A stretch of DNA of 64,000 bases from Dendrobates tinctorius (lineage: Eukaryota). A program made the position numbers and the translations under genes. Each line of letters opens with the position of its first letter. Position 1 is the stretch's first letter. This document shows, one piece after another, positions 1-12,559 of the stretch. The DNA lies in assembly GCF_039654945.1 (NCBI RefSeq), contig NW_027361863.1, forward strand, positions 13,020,001 to 13,084,000. Direction: 5' to 3'. A model generated the notes under the pieces. It had not been told where the DNA came from. It did not search any database and saw only the letters and a list, made by a program, of their open reading frames with translations.

Positions 1-439
1 TGATGAAATCATGCCTGGAAGACCCAGAGCAAGATCACGTGGAAGATTACGGGGACAGGACTCACAACTACTGAAGCCTTGTGTTCCTGGGCAGGATTCT
101 GACAAACCCTCACCTACTAATAATGAACTGGTTAGATGATGACGTCTAAAAGGATCTCATGCATTGTCTAGAACTGAAGATAGAGATTTTGACATTTCGG
201 CTGCATTTCAAGAGATGTCGAATGGAGAGCGTGGTGGTTGGAGATGTGACTTCTACACCACCCACAAGCTGCTGCCTCTCCACCACCCAAGTTGCCGCAC
301 CCCAACCTTCTGTCTCTTTCCCATTCTCCTGCAGAATGAAAGTCCGCAAGGACAAGCTCCTCTCCCCTCTGTACCAGTCTGTCATTGTAATTTTTTTTTC
401 TGTAAACGATATCTATTACTTTGTAATTAACCCCTTGTC

Positions 440-487
440 ATGTGCAGCACCATGGAATTAATGGCGCTATATAAATAAATAAATAAT
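440..487 (+). mobile_element. 3' tail of an L2/CR1-type LINE
   Basis: GTGCAGCACCATGGAATTAATGGCGCTATATAAATAAATAAATAAT resembles the conserved 3' end of vertebrate L2-clade LINEs with short AAT repeats. Confidence 0.5.
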
Positions 488-1539
488 ACTATATGGGTTT
501 ATCCACGAGACAATCCATCAAGCATGTTATTGAAGGATTTTTTTTTACGACTCTGTTCAGCTGTGCACAAACTATGTCAACTTGGTAGCTAGACCCCAGT
601 GGGTGTTGGCACAGTGTCATGTTGGCTACAGTCCTCAGATGTTATCTAGGTCCCTAATCTCACCACTACTTTAGCAGCATGATGAATTAATAGGAAAAGC
701 ACGTGGTATTGGTGTAGCTGTTGCTTTCTTGACAAAGAAACTCAATAACATCAATGTGGTGGTTAGCCACACATGGAATGGAGAAATAGTAAAGATGACA
801 ATTGACAAGTAGTTTCACATTTGAGGTAAAACACACTTGAACAAGTTGCTTTAACTCTTACAACATTATATTCCAAAGTCTTGAAGAAAAAGATGAATAT
901 ATTGTGAACAAAATAGGTATGAATAATTAATCACACAAATGATGTAACATAATTCTAAACATACACAAACTATCAGTGGGGAAATTATTTTCCACCAAAA
1001 ATTTTAAGTATTTGACTAGTGTCATCTTGTGGAATGTTATGAGCCACAAAGTCCTTCAAATTGAAACTGTTCAGGATGTACTGTACAATATTCTCTAGAA
1101 AATTGGAAGTACATGCCTTCTATACTGCTTGCATTAAAGAACTGATTGGCCAGATATGTACGGAGTCAGGATGACCGGGCTGCAGGTATCTGTGCAAGTG
1201 CCGTGTCCGGAACTGTCAAGGCTGCGTCCCCTGTTTCCCGGCGGAAGGAATAGAGGAACTAACAGGCCCCATTACACAGAAAGAGGGGTCATGTTTACAC
1301 AAGGAACCTGGCCGGAAGCTGAGGGAAAAAAAAGCAAATCTGGAGTGAGTCCCCAGCTGTGAGCCTGTGAGCAGCAAGGGGGGCAGTGCACTATGAACCC
1401 GAAGTGCCGACACTGCGGCAAAATACAGCAGACAGACAGACCTGGTGATCTAGAGTCAGGGGGCCAGCTTAAGAGAAAGCGGGAAAGGCAGCAAAGATTT
1501 TTGGCGTGGACAAGCAGCGCATAGGAGGCTGAGTAGCAT

Positions 1540-3560
1540 GCTCCGTCCTTAGAGCAGTGGCGCTGCAAAAGACTGTTCCCGTTGTCTCCCGCCACTAAAA
1601 GAACTGCCATTTAGCAAGGCGCCATGTGCCCAGTAACCGCCAGAGAGCGAGTCACCGTGCACTTCTTGACCGTGAGTACAGTGCATGTGCTCAGTAGAGA
1701 GAGGCAGTTCATGCCACGTGTTCTGCGTGGATAACCAATAATTATAAGGCACAGAGGAATGACAGAGGAGGTTGGTATGGTCAGCAAGGTACTCCCTCAG
1801 CATTTTCCCAAACTTTGCACTCCTTGTGAGAGTCCCCCCACGCCTCAGGGCCAGGGCGATGGGAGGGTCTGAAAAAACACCCCAAACTTTGCCAGTGCCT
1901 TTGCTGGCTTGGAAATGTGTCTCTCTCACCTGTACTCCTTGCTTGGCCAAAAAACTGTGACCTCTGTTGCCAGCGTTTTCAGATGTGAATTTTTTTTAAC
2001 AATTCTGCAAGAAGGGCCCTCTGTTCCTCCAACATTTTAGTACACCTGTCTGCTTCTGGAATAAGAGATGTAAAGTTCTTCTTGTAGCATGGGTCTAGAA
2101 GTGTCACCAATCAGTATTGCCCATCACCCAAAATTTTGATAACGCGAGGGTGACGGGAAAGGCAGGGTAACATAAACTCAGCCATGCTTGCAAGACTGCT
2201 AACAGTCAGTACTTCCGTGTCCTCAGAAAGAGGACAACTGACCTTGCTCTCCTCCTACTTGTCCTCAGGCCTCCACGACTCAGAAATAACCTCAGTAACA
2301 TCATTGTTAATACATTCTTGTAAATACACCCCTGTAGTTTTTATCTCCCTCACTTCATTGTAGATTGTAAGTTGTCACGAGCAGGATTGTTTTGTTTGGG
2401 TTTAATTATTGTTATTGTTGTTACTTATTGTAGATTGTAAGCTGTCATGAGCAGGGTAGTTTTATTTTAGTATAATTATTGTATTATTGTTATCATTGAT
2501 ACTTAGGACTGTTGTGTTTGAAACTGTTAAACTGTAAATATGTTTTTGCTCTACAATAACTATCAATCTTCACATTAGAACACAGATAAGCAGGATGGAG
2601 ATGTTAATTATGGTGTCATTGACGCTCATCCTCAAGGTGGATTCCTCAAAATTTTGGAGGATGGTACACATGTCAAACATCCATGTCCACACCTAAGATG
2701 TTATGTGTGAAGACAGAACTAAATACCGACAACCTTGTTGATGCTGGTAGACTAGTCAACAACTGCCCTCTTCTGCTCACACATCCTTTCCAACTTCTGC
2801 AGTGTAGAGTTCCAAGGCCTGGGGGCATCACATACCAGTCAGTGAGCCAGAAGCTGCAAGCGCTGCTGAATCATGGCAAGGGCAAATGAAGCTGTAGCTG
2901 ACTTTCTAAAATAGGTACGCAGAGCGTTGTACTTTTCCTAGAAAATCTGCCAGCTCTGTGTCGCTTTTCAAAAAATGTTGACCAATTAGGTTAATCGCAT
3001 GAGCCAGGCATGGTACGTGTGTGAGCTTTACTCGCCACAGAGCAGCCACCAGGTTCCAGCTATTGTAACACACAACCATGCCTGGCTGAGGGTTCAGTGG
3101 TCTCAGTCACCGATCTGCCTGCTCTTTCAGAGCTGTCCACAACTCTTTAGCATTGTGGGGTTTGTCATCTAAGCATATTAGCTTCAGCACAGCCTGTTCC
3201 CGATTTGATGAGGCAGTGCTGCAGTGCTTCCAGCTTGTGACTGATGTGCTACTTTTGTAGCTGGAGACTGAAGAGGAGGCAAAGGAGGAGGAGGTGCAGG
3301 AGCTGTACACTGTGGGGGCAACCCAGATTGATGTAGGGCTCGCAATACTCGGGGTTTGGGAGGATGGGCACCATACCAAGTTTGGAGTAGGTCCCGGCTT
3401 CCACTAAGTTAACCCAGTGTACCCTCAGTGAGATGTATCGTCCCTGACCACAAGCACTTGTCCATGTGTTTGTGGTTAGGTGGACTTTCCAAGTGACAGC
3501 ATTGTGGAGGGCACGGGTAATGTTGTGGGACACGTGACTGTGTAATTACGGGACGGCACA
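1540..3560 (-). pseudogene. degenerate hAT transposase (ZBED-like), catalytic and C-terminal dimerization regions
   Basis: Minus-strand ORF pieces KVHLTTNTWTSACGQGRYISLRVHWV (3249-3533), QAVLKLICLDDKPHNAKELW (3107-3379), MLREYLAD...PYNYW...WHEL (1549-1950); stops and frameshifts. Confidence 0.8.
2330..2560 (+). mobile_element. L2-type LINE 3' fragment, locally duplicated
   Basis: Two copies of TTGTAGATTGTAAG(T/C)TGTCA(C/T)GAGCAGG followed by TTATTG-rich tails. Confidence 0.45.
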
Positions 3561-3763
3561 CGGGACAAATATTCACACATGTTCGTGGCCTCGGGGTGAT
3601 CCTCGACTCTGCCCTCTCTGTCAAGCTACATATCAAAACCCTTGCCTCCTCCTGTCATTACTACTCAAAAACATTTCCTGGATACGTACATTACAAGAAA
3701 CTTAAAAAATGTTTGTGCACGCCCTCATGATCTCCCACCTTGAGTATTGCAAGCTTATACTCT

Positions 3764-4025
3764 GAGAAAACAAAAAGCAAAAAACACAAATATCCTGAAC
3801 TAAAAAGTAACAAATAAACTGCAAATAATGAAAAAAGGTAATAATAATAATAGGGGTTTTTAGTAAACATAATTTTGATCAAAATAATGTACAAGCCATC
3901 CCGCCACGTCACGGCAACCAATTATGTTTACTAAATACCCTTATTATTATTATTACCTTTATGCATTATTTGCAGTTTATTTTTTACTTTTTAGTTCAGG
4001 ATTGTTTTTTGCTTTTTGTTTTCTC
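3764..4025. repeat. inverted duplication, ~110-bp arms with 45-bp spacer
   Basis: 3764-3874 is the approximate reverse complement of 3920-4025. Confidence 0.8.
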
Positions 4026-4759
4026 TGATTAAAGGTCATGTGTTAATATGCACTTACATTGTGCATACACATTAACTTACTTTCTCAGTTCAGATTCGTT
4101 TTTTATTTTTTTTAAGCTTATACTCTGTAGCCTCCCCTCTAGCACTGTTGCACCACTCAAATCTATCCAAATCTCTGCTGTCAGAGTAATCCAATTGTCT
4201 CTCCGTTATTGCACAGCCTCTCCTCTATGCCATGCCGTTCCTATTTCCCATAGGCCACAGTTCAAAACCCTAAATATGACATAAAATCCTTCCCCAACCT
4301 GTCTCCTCCATACATCTGTGACATACTCTCCCAATGTCCGACTGGGTCATGGCTTTTGCTTTGCAAACACAGTGTGCCGTCAGCAAGATGTACCATCCCT
4401 GCCCACAAGCACTTGTCCACATGTCCGTAGTAAGGTGCACTTTCCCTGTACCAGTATTGTTGATGGCCCGGGTAATGTTGTGAGACACGTGCTTGCTTGT
4501 CTAATGTCATGATGGCAGACTGGGTGAAATAGTGCCAGATGGGGACCGAGTCCTTGTTATGGTCACCACTAGTGTTGAGCATTCCGATACCGCAAGTATC
4601 GGGTATCGGCCGATACTTGCTGTATCGGAATTCCGATACCGACTTCCGATATTTTTTCAATATCGGAATTCGGCATCGGAAGTTCAGTTGATTGACGGCC
4701 TGACGTCATCATGATGCGCGGTGTGTGCGCATCATGATGCGCCGTCATTTCGGGCCTTC

Positions 4760-4960
4760 CGGGGGTCTCTGCCGGCCTGCCGGGGGGCTGTGCCGGCCTG
4801 CCGGGGGGCTGTGTGGACTGCCCGGGGTCTGTACCGGACTGCCGGGGGGCTGTGCCGGCCTGCCGGTGGTCTGTGCACCCTGTGGGGGTCTGTACCGGCC
4901 TGCCGGGGGGCTGTGCCGGCCTGCCGGGGGGCTGTGCTGATGTCCGGGGGTCTGTGCAAG
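4760..4960 (+). repeat. 21-bp GC-rich minisatellite (GCCGGCCTGCCGGGGGGCTGT); mirror copy at ~7225-7445
   Basis: Tandem units visible directly; ORF translations show 7-aa periodicity (CRPAGGL). Confidence 0.9.
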
Positions 4961-5100
4961 CATCGTCCGATGGGACTACAAGTCCCATCGGGCGATGCCT
5001 GCTACCATGACAGTGATTGACACATTAGCCAATGATGGGACAGTAGTAGTCCCATCATCCGGCTAATGTGTTAAATGTTAAAAAAAAAAAAAAAAAAAAA

Positions 5101-5720
5101 TACTACATACATACTACATGCATGCTACATACATACTACATGCATGCTACATACATACTACATATATACTACATACATACTACATACATGCTACATACAT
5201 ACTGCATGCTACATACATACTACATACATACTACATGCATGCTACATACATACTACATATATACTACATACATACTACATACATGCTACATACATACTGC
5301 ATGCTACATACATACATACTACATACATACTACATGCATGCTACATACATACTACATATATACTACATACATGCTGCATGCTACATACATACTACATACA
5401 TACTACATACATGCTACATGCATGCTACATACATACTACATATATACTACATGCATGCTACATACATACTACATGCTACATACATACTACATATATACTA
5501 CATACATACTACATACATGCTACATACATACTGCATGCTACATACATGCTACATACATACTACATACATACTACATACATACTACATGCATGCTACATAC
5601 ATACTACATGCATGCTACATACATACTACATGCATGCTACATACATACCACATACATACTACATGCTACATACATACCACATATATACTACATACATACA
5701 ATACATTCATACAATACATA
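5101..5720 (+). repeat. compound CATA/CTACATA/CATG microsatellite; mirror copy at ~6350-7087
   Basis: Low-complexity TACATACATACTACATGCATGC units. Confidence 0.95.
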
Positions 5721-8174
5721 CATAGACATACAGTACATATAACATAGAGTAACATACTTACCAATACTTGTCACATTGTTCCCCGAAGCCATTGTCTATT
5801 CCGGGATAAATATTAACATAACAAACCACAAAAATACTCACCCACGATCCGAAGCAGTCCACGAGTGTGTCCCACGACGATCTTGGGTAGAGAACTGCAG
5901 CATCAGATGATGCTGCCGTTCTCTACGGGCTGCAGGAATCCAATGACGGAAGGTAGGTATCCTTCCGCACTGTATTCCTCCGCCACTTAAAAAAAAAAAG
6001 TCCCTAGTCTCACTTTATGCCATTGCTGTGTGGGAAATTCCCACACAGCAATGGCATAAAGTGAGACTAGGGACTTTTTTTTTTTAAGTGGCGGAGGAAT
6101 ACAGTGCGGAAGGATACCTACCTTCCGTCATTGGATTCCTGCAGCCCGTAGAGAACGGCAGCATCATCTGATGCTGCCGTTCTCTACCCAAGATCGTCGT
6201 GGGACACACTCGTGGACTGCTTCGGATCGTGGGTGAGTATTTTTGTGGTTTGTTATGTTAATATTTATCCCGGAATAGACAATGGCTTCGGGGAACAATG
6301 TGACAAGTATTGGTAAGTATGTTACTCTATGTTATATGTACTGTATGTCTATGTATGTATTGTATGAATGTATTGTATGTATGTAGTATATATGTGGTAT
6401 GCATGTAGTATGTATGTAGTATGTATGTAGCATGCATGTAGTATGTATGTAGCATGCATGTAGTATGTATGTAGTATGTATGTAGTATGTATGTAGTATA
6501 TATGTAGTATGTAGTATGAATGTAGTATATATGTAGTATGTATGTAGCATGTAGTATGTAGCATGCATGTAGTATATATGTAGTATGTATGTAGCATGTA
6601 GTATGTAGCATGCATGTAGTATATATGTAGTATGTATGTAGCATGTAGTATGTATGTAGCATGCATGTAGTATATATGTAGTATGTATGTAGCATGTAGT
6701 ATGTATGTAGCATGCATGTAGTATATATGTAGTATGTAGCATGTAGTATGTATGTAGCATGCATGTAGTATGTAGCATGTAGTATGTATGTAGCATGCAT
6801 GTAGTATATATGTAGTATGTATGTAGTATGTATGTAGCATGCATGTAGTATATATGTAGTATGTAGCATGTAGTATGTATGTAGCATGCATGTAGTATAT
6901 ATGTAGTATGTATGTAGTATGTATGTAGCATGCATGTAGTATATATGTAGTATGTAGCATGCATGTAGTATGTAGTATGTATGTAGCATGCATGTAGTAT
7001 ATATGTAGTATGTATGTAGCATGTATGTAGTATGTAGTATGAATGTAGCATGTATGTAGTATGCATGTTGTATGTATGTAGCATGTAATTTTTTTTTTTT
7101 TTTTACATTTAACACATTAGCCGGATGATGGGACTACTACTGTCCCATCATTGGCTAATGTGTCAATCACTGTCATGGTAGCAGGCATCGCCCGATGGGA
7201 CTTGTAGTCCCATCGGACGATGCCTGCACAGACCCCCGGAGCCTGCACAGCCCCCCGGCAGGCCGGCACAGCCCCCCGGCAGGCCGGCACAGCCCCCCGG
7301 AGCCTGCACAGCCCCCCGGCAGGCCGGCACAGCCCCCCGGCAGGCCGGCACAGCCCCCCGGAGCCTGCACAGACCACCGGCAGGCCGGCACAGACCACCG
7401 GAGCCTGCACAGACCCCCTGGCAGGCCGGCACAGCCCCCCGAAAGGCCCGTACAGACCCCAGAGAGGCTGTACAAGGGCAGGAAAGGGTTTTTCTTATTC
7501 CGATACCGGAAGTCCCATAGACTTGAATGGGACTTCCGGTATCGGAATCGGCGATACCGATACTTTTTTTAAAGATCGGCCGATACCATCCGATACGATA
7601 CTTTGAAGTATCGGACGGTATCGCTCAACTCTAGTCACCACCATCAAGTTGTGGAAAACGTACCTTTCCCACGAGCCTAGAATGCAACATTATGAGCGCA
7701 AGCAGATGAGAAATTTGTGAATTTAGTACTGTGGCCTGTGAGGCGTTGTCTGCGTCTTTCTGCTTAAGGTCCAATGACTAGGGTATGGACAATTGAAGGC
7801 TGCGCTGGGACAAAGAAGTGGACGTGCTTGATGATGATGCAACGACAGGTGCAGGACAGGAGTCATCTTCACATGTACTGTGGACAAGTGATTGGCTTTC
7901 ACGCACAACAGCGGAAGAAGCAGTGGTATCACCCGCAGGCACTGTTCATGGAGCCTGGTGTTCAACTAACAAAGCCTGTTGCTTTGCTGCCATGTGCCTC
8001 ATCTTGCTGGTGTTGGTAAGGCTGGTAGTTTTACTACCCCTTTAGATGCGGCCATGGCTGGTGGTGTAAATGTCCTATTTGGGGTTATCGGCAGAGTCTT
8101 TAAAAAACAAGACTGGTAGGGGGACATTCATTGTCTCCCTCTACCACACCACCTCCTCACCTTGACACCTCTTT

Positions 8175-8420
8175 TTCATTGTTCCACAAGTCTCTGTTCT
8201 AGGACCCTACTCTTCTCCATCTACACCTTCAGCCTGGGCCAGCTGATGTAATGGCACGGTTTGCAATATCATCACTACACGATGACACGCAGATCTACCT
8301 ATCTGTACCTGACATCACTTCCTTACTGACCAGAATCACACGTCTTCCCGCATATTCATCCTTCTTTTCAGCTCGCTTTCAAAAAGTGGACATGGACAAA
8401 TCAGAATACATCATCTAACA
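8175..8420 (+). mobile_element. L2-clade LINE reverse transcriptase fragment
   Basis: Degenerate SVLGP.LFSIYT ... HGLQYH..DDTQIY RT motifs. Confidence 0.7.
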
Positions 8421-8784
8421 AGCATCTCATGCTGAGTACACCAGAGCTGTGTATGCTTCATTCGGTACCACTTTAGTAAGAAGTAAACTTTGCCCTAGAG
8501 AAAATGATTTTCCAGACATTTTTTTGCAGCTGTGATCTTCATCTTCTTGGTGTGGATGTGGAAATTTTCTAAGTTGTCATCAATACCATCATCGTCCATA
8601 TCTTGTAAAGAGGAAATCAGGTTTTTCAAAGGGTCGTGCTTATTTACGTTTTGTGGCATTCCTTTAACAGTGTTGGTTACAATTGGTCAATTATTTTTAG
8701 ACTGTGACATTTGTATATTATTGGTAATATGTATGGGTGAAGATGAAGAAGCTTGCTGTGTCAAGACTGGGAGAAGAGGGTTGC

Positions 8785-8995
8785 ATTGACAATCCAACAC
8801 AATGGGCAGCACTTTGAACACATTTTATAAGTGGTCATAAACTTGTAAATAACTCATGAAAGAATAAAGTTAGGTTAAATCCAAGAACACCATTGTTTTT
8901 CTTGTGAAATTCTCAATAATTTTGATGTGTCACATGACCCTCTTCCGATTGAAAAAATAAAGTTGGATCCAAAATGGCCGACTTCAAAATGGCCC
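8785..8995 (+). mobile_element. Tc1/mariner-like 3' fragment
   Basis: AATGGGCAGCACTTTGAACAC (NG.HFEH-like transposase end) and repeated CAAAATGGCCG motif; recognised by pattern only. Confidence 0.45.
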
Positions 8996-11900
8996 TGCTC
9001 TCTCTCTCCTTATATAAAAAGATCGGCTTTATTCAGAGCTACGATTTCAACATGGAAGGCGGTGAAGAAGAAGTATAGCCTCCCTCATAGAATCTCTAAA
9101 TACCTAACATTATGGGCAAACCCCGAATTGCCTCAGGGTATGGAGAACAAATTGTTCGCTATTTGGCGGCGGAAGAATATTTCTAATGTATCCCACCGCT
9201 TCCACCCTACAGAACTTAGACAGTTGAGATGTTCTGAATTGCTTGAAAAATATCAACTGCAGCCCTCACATTGTTTTCAATGCGAACAGATTAAACTCTC
9301 GAATATTAACAAATTGGCAAGATGCCAGATTTGAGGTGAATCGCAATGTTCTGGATGAGTTACTCCAACACCCAATGGGGGCCCCTTCAATCTCCGCAAT
9401 TTACTCTACAATGAGTCCATATTTGTTAAACCCTCACCCAGATACTTTTTATAAATATTGGAGGCTACAATTGGATGATATTGAGCATCCCTCCGGGATC
9501 AGGAAAGGTTGGGCTCTCTTCCGGAAACACATAATAAATGAATCTTGGAGGGAGACTCAATTCAAAATCATGCATGGAGCTATTTATGCATTTAGTAACA
9601 TAGTAACATAATTAGCAAGGGCAAAAAAAAGACATTGGATCATCCAGTTCAGCCTATAATCCGTCAGAATAAATCCCCAGATATAAGTTCTTGTAAAGAA
9701 CCTAATAACTGTAAGATACAATATTCTTATGCTCCATAAAGACATCCAGGCCTCTCTAGAACCCCTCGACTGAGTTCGCCATCACCACCTCCTCAGGCAA
9801 GGAATTCGAGATTCTCACTGCCCTAACAGTAAAGAATCCTCTTCTATGTTGGTGGAAAAACCTTCTCTCCTCCAGACTCAGAGAATGCCCCCTTGTGACC
9901 GTCACCTTTCTTGGCATAAACAGATGCTTGGAGAGATATTTGTATTGTCCCTTTATATACTTATACATGGTTATTAGATCACCCTTCAGTAGTCTTTTTC
10001 CTAGACTAAATAATCCTAATTTTGCTAATCTCTCTGGGTATTGTAGTTCCCCCATCCCCCTTTATTAATTTTGTTGCCCTCCTTTGTACCCGCTCTAGTT
10101 CCATTGTATCCTTCCTGAGCACCGGTGCCCAAAACTGTACACAGTACTCCATGTGCGGTGTAACCAGGGATTTGTACAGAGTCAGTGTAATGCTCTCATC
10201 ATGTGTATCCAGACCTCTTTTAATGCACCCCATGATCCTGTTTGCCTTGGCAGCCGCTGCCCGTCACTGGCTGCTCCAGGTAAGTTTATCATTAACTAGG
10301 ATCCCCAAGTCCTTCTCCATGTCAGATTTACCCAGTGGTTTCCCGTTCAGTGTGTAATGGTGATACTGATTCCTTCTTCCCATGTGTATAACCTTACATT
10401 TATCATTGTTAAACCGCATCTGCCACCTTTCGGCCCAAGTTCCCAACTTATCCAGATCCATCTGTAGCAGAATACTATCTTCTCTTGTATTGACTGCTTT
10501 ACATAGTTTTGCATAATTTGCAAATATCGATATTTTACTATGTAAACCTTCTACCAGATCGTTAATAAATATGTTGAAGAGAAGAGGTCCCAACACCGAC
10601 CCCTGCGGTCCCCACTGGTCACAGCGACCCAGTTAGAGAATATACCATTTATAACCACCCTCTGCTTTCTATCACTAAGCCAGTTACTTACCCATTTACA
10701 CACATTTTCCCCCAGACACAGCATTCTCATTTTGTGTACCAACCTCTTTTGTGGCACGGTATCAAGCGCTTTGGAAAAATCAAGATATACCACGTCCAAT
10801 GACTCACCTTGGTCCAGTCTATAGCTTACCTCTTCATAAAAGCTGATTAGATTGGTGTGACAGGAGCGATTCCTCATAAACCCATGCTGATATGGCGTTA
10901 CACAGTTATTCTCATTGAGATAATCCGGAATAACATCCCTCAGAAACCCTTCACATATTTTACCAACAATAGAGGTTAGACTTACTGGCCTATAATTTCC
11001 AGGTTCACTTTTAGAGACTTTTTGAATATTGGTACCACATTTGCTATGCGCCAGTCTTGTGGTACAGACCCCATTGTTATAGAGTCCCTAAATATAAGAA
11101 ATAATGGCTTGTCTATAACATTACTAAATTCTCTTAGTACTCCTGGGTGTATGCCATCCGGGCCCAGAGATTTATCTGTTTTAATCTTATTTAGCCGGTT
11201 TTGCACCTCTTCTTGGCTTAGATTGGTGACTCTTAATATAGAGTATTCTTTGTCTCTCGGCATTTCATTTTCCACCGTGAATACCGTGGAGAAGAAGGTG
11301 TTTAATATATTATCTTTTTCCTCATCATCTACAACCATACTTTCCTCACAATTTTTTAATGGGCCTACACTTTCACTTATGATACTTTTACCATTGATAT
11401 AATTGAAGAACAGTTTGGGATTAGTTTTACTCTCCTTAGCAATGTGCTTCTCTGTTTCCTTTTTGGCAGCTTTAATTAGTTTTTTGATAAATTATTTTTC
11501 TCCCTATAGTTTTTTAGAGCTTCAATGGTGCCATCCTGCTTTAGTAGTTTAAATTCTTTCTTTTTACTGTTAATTGCCCCTCTTACTTCTTTGTTTAGCC
11601 ACATTTAATATCCAAAGATCGAATCCTAACTCTGATAAACTTATTGCAAGCCCCAGGTGTCAGCTCCCTAAATCAGACGTGATACATGGATTATGGTCAT
11701 GTCAAACTATTGCCTCATTCTGGGTCTCAATTTCGGGTTTGATAGACAAATTATGGAGCAACCTCACACCATTGTCGTCATTGTTGGTGATCTTGCACTC
11801 TTGGGGAGATGTGGTGATGAGAGATTGTGGAGGGGTGAGCCCTCCAAAACGTTTACATACCATTCTAAATTTGGCTAAATAGTTCATCCTCAAGCAATGG

Positions 11901-12540
11901 CTTAGTCCTCTACCCCATTACTATCTGACTTGATAGCCCAAGCACATCTCTATTTGATGGTAGAGCAAGGGGATGCACTTATTAACAAAGAGACACAAGC
12001 AGGGAAATTTTTATCAAAATGGAAACAATTTATTGACAAATTTTGCAATGCTGAAGAGAGACGAAATATAATCGAGCCTTTCTCCTCAACGAGGTGGTAC
12101 TTAACGGAAAGCCTTAAAATAGTCTGGGAGTCCTTCAATTAGAGAACTAAAGTTGCCCCTGTCAAATAGGGTTGGGCATCAGTTGGAAAGGGGAGAGGCA
12201 TACTAAGTGAGTGGTTTGGTTTTTTGAGGCAGTTTAGAAGAGTTCCCCCTACACCCCCACCCCCTTCCCCCTCCCTTTCTCTTCTTTTTTTTTTCTTTTC
12301 TGTTTTGATAATATTCCTAGACAGGAAATAGTGTATTTTTATGTTAGCTTTATTGCTTTTGTGTTTGAGACATCCTTTAACTTTCTGTATGGAAACATTG
12401 GAAAATTACATTCATATTATCATTTCATAGAATACTGAAGTTGAAATGGCTCATTACATCTGCAGCATGGATAACTCATTCTTCGTTGTTATATTTTGTT
12501 AATGTGAAAATTTTCAATAAAAAAATTATACAAAAAAAAA
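8995..12540 (+). mobile_element. L1/Tx1-type LINE ORF2 3' region with poly(A) tail, interrupted by CR1
   Basis: ETQFKIMH, PRCQLPKSDVIHGLWSC (C-terminal knuckle-like), FLSKWKQFI; AATAAA plus A-rich tail at 12516-12540. Confidence 0.75.
9593..11601 (-). mobile_element. 5'-truncated CR1 LINE (RT pseudogene)
   Basis: GPDGIHPGVLRE, YLDFSKALDTVP, LGPLLFNIFINDL, EKDLGILV, LERVQRRATKLI; tandem TAGTAACA at the 3' end; CATTTA repeated at both junctions (9589-9594, 11602-11607). Confidence 0.92.
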
Positions 12541-12559
12541 TCAATCACTTGGCTCACCT

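Larger units (their letters stand above)
4570..7633. mobile_element. non-autonomous hAT element with foldback (palindromic) body
   Basis: Termini TAGTGTTGAGC ... GCTCAACTCTA; exact 8-bp TSD GTCACCAC (4562-4569, 7634-7641); symmetry axis at 6037. Confidence 0.92.
4370..8110 (-). pseudogene. second degenerate hAT transposase, split by the 4570-7633 insertion
   Basis: KVHLTTDMWTSACGQGWYILLTAH at 4270-4488; hAT-like N-terminal sequence resumes after 7641. Confidence 0.65.

Noticed and set aside
5068-7115. Long His/Tyr/Thr-rich ORFs (200-260 aa) in several frames
   Set aside because: Translation of the CATA microsatellite, which lacks stops on one strand; open in all three frames
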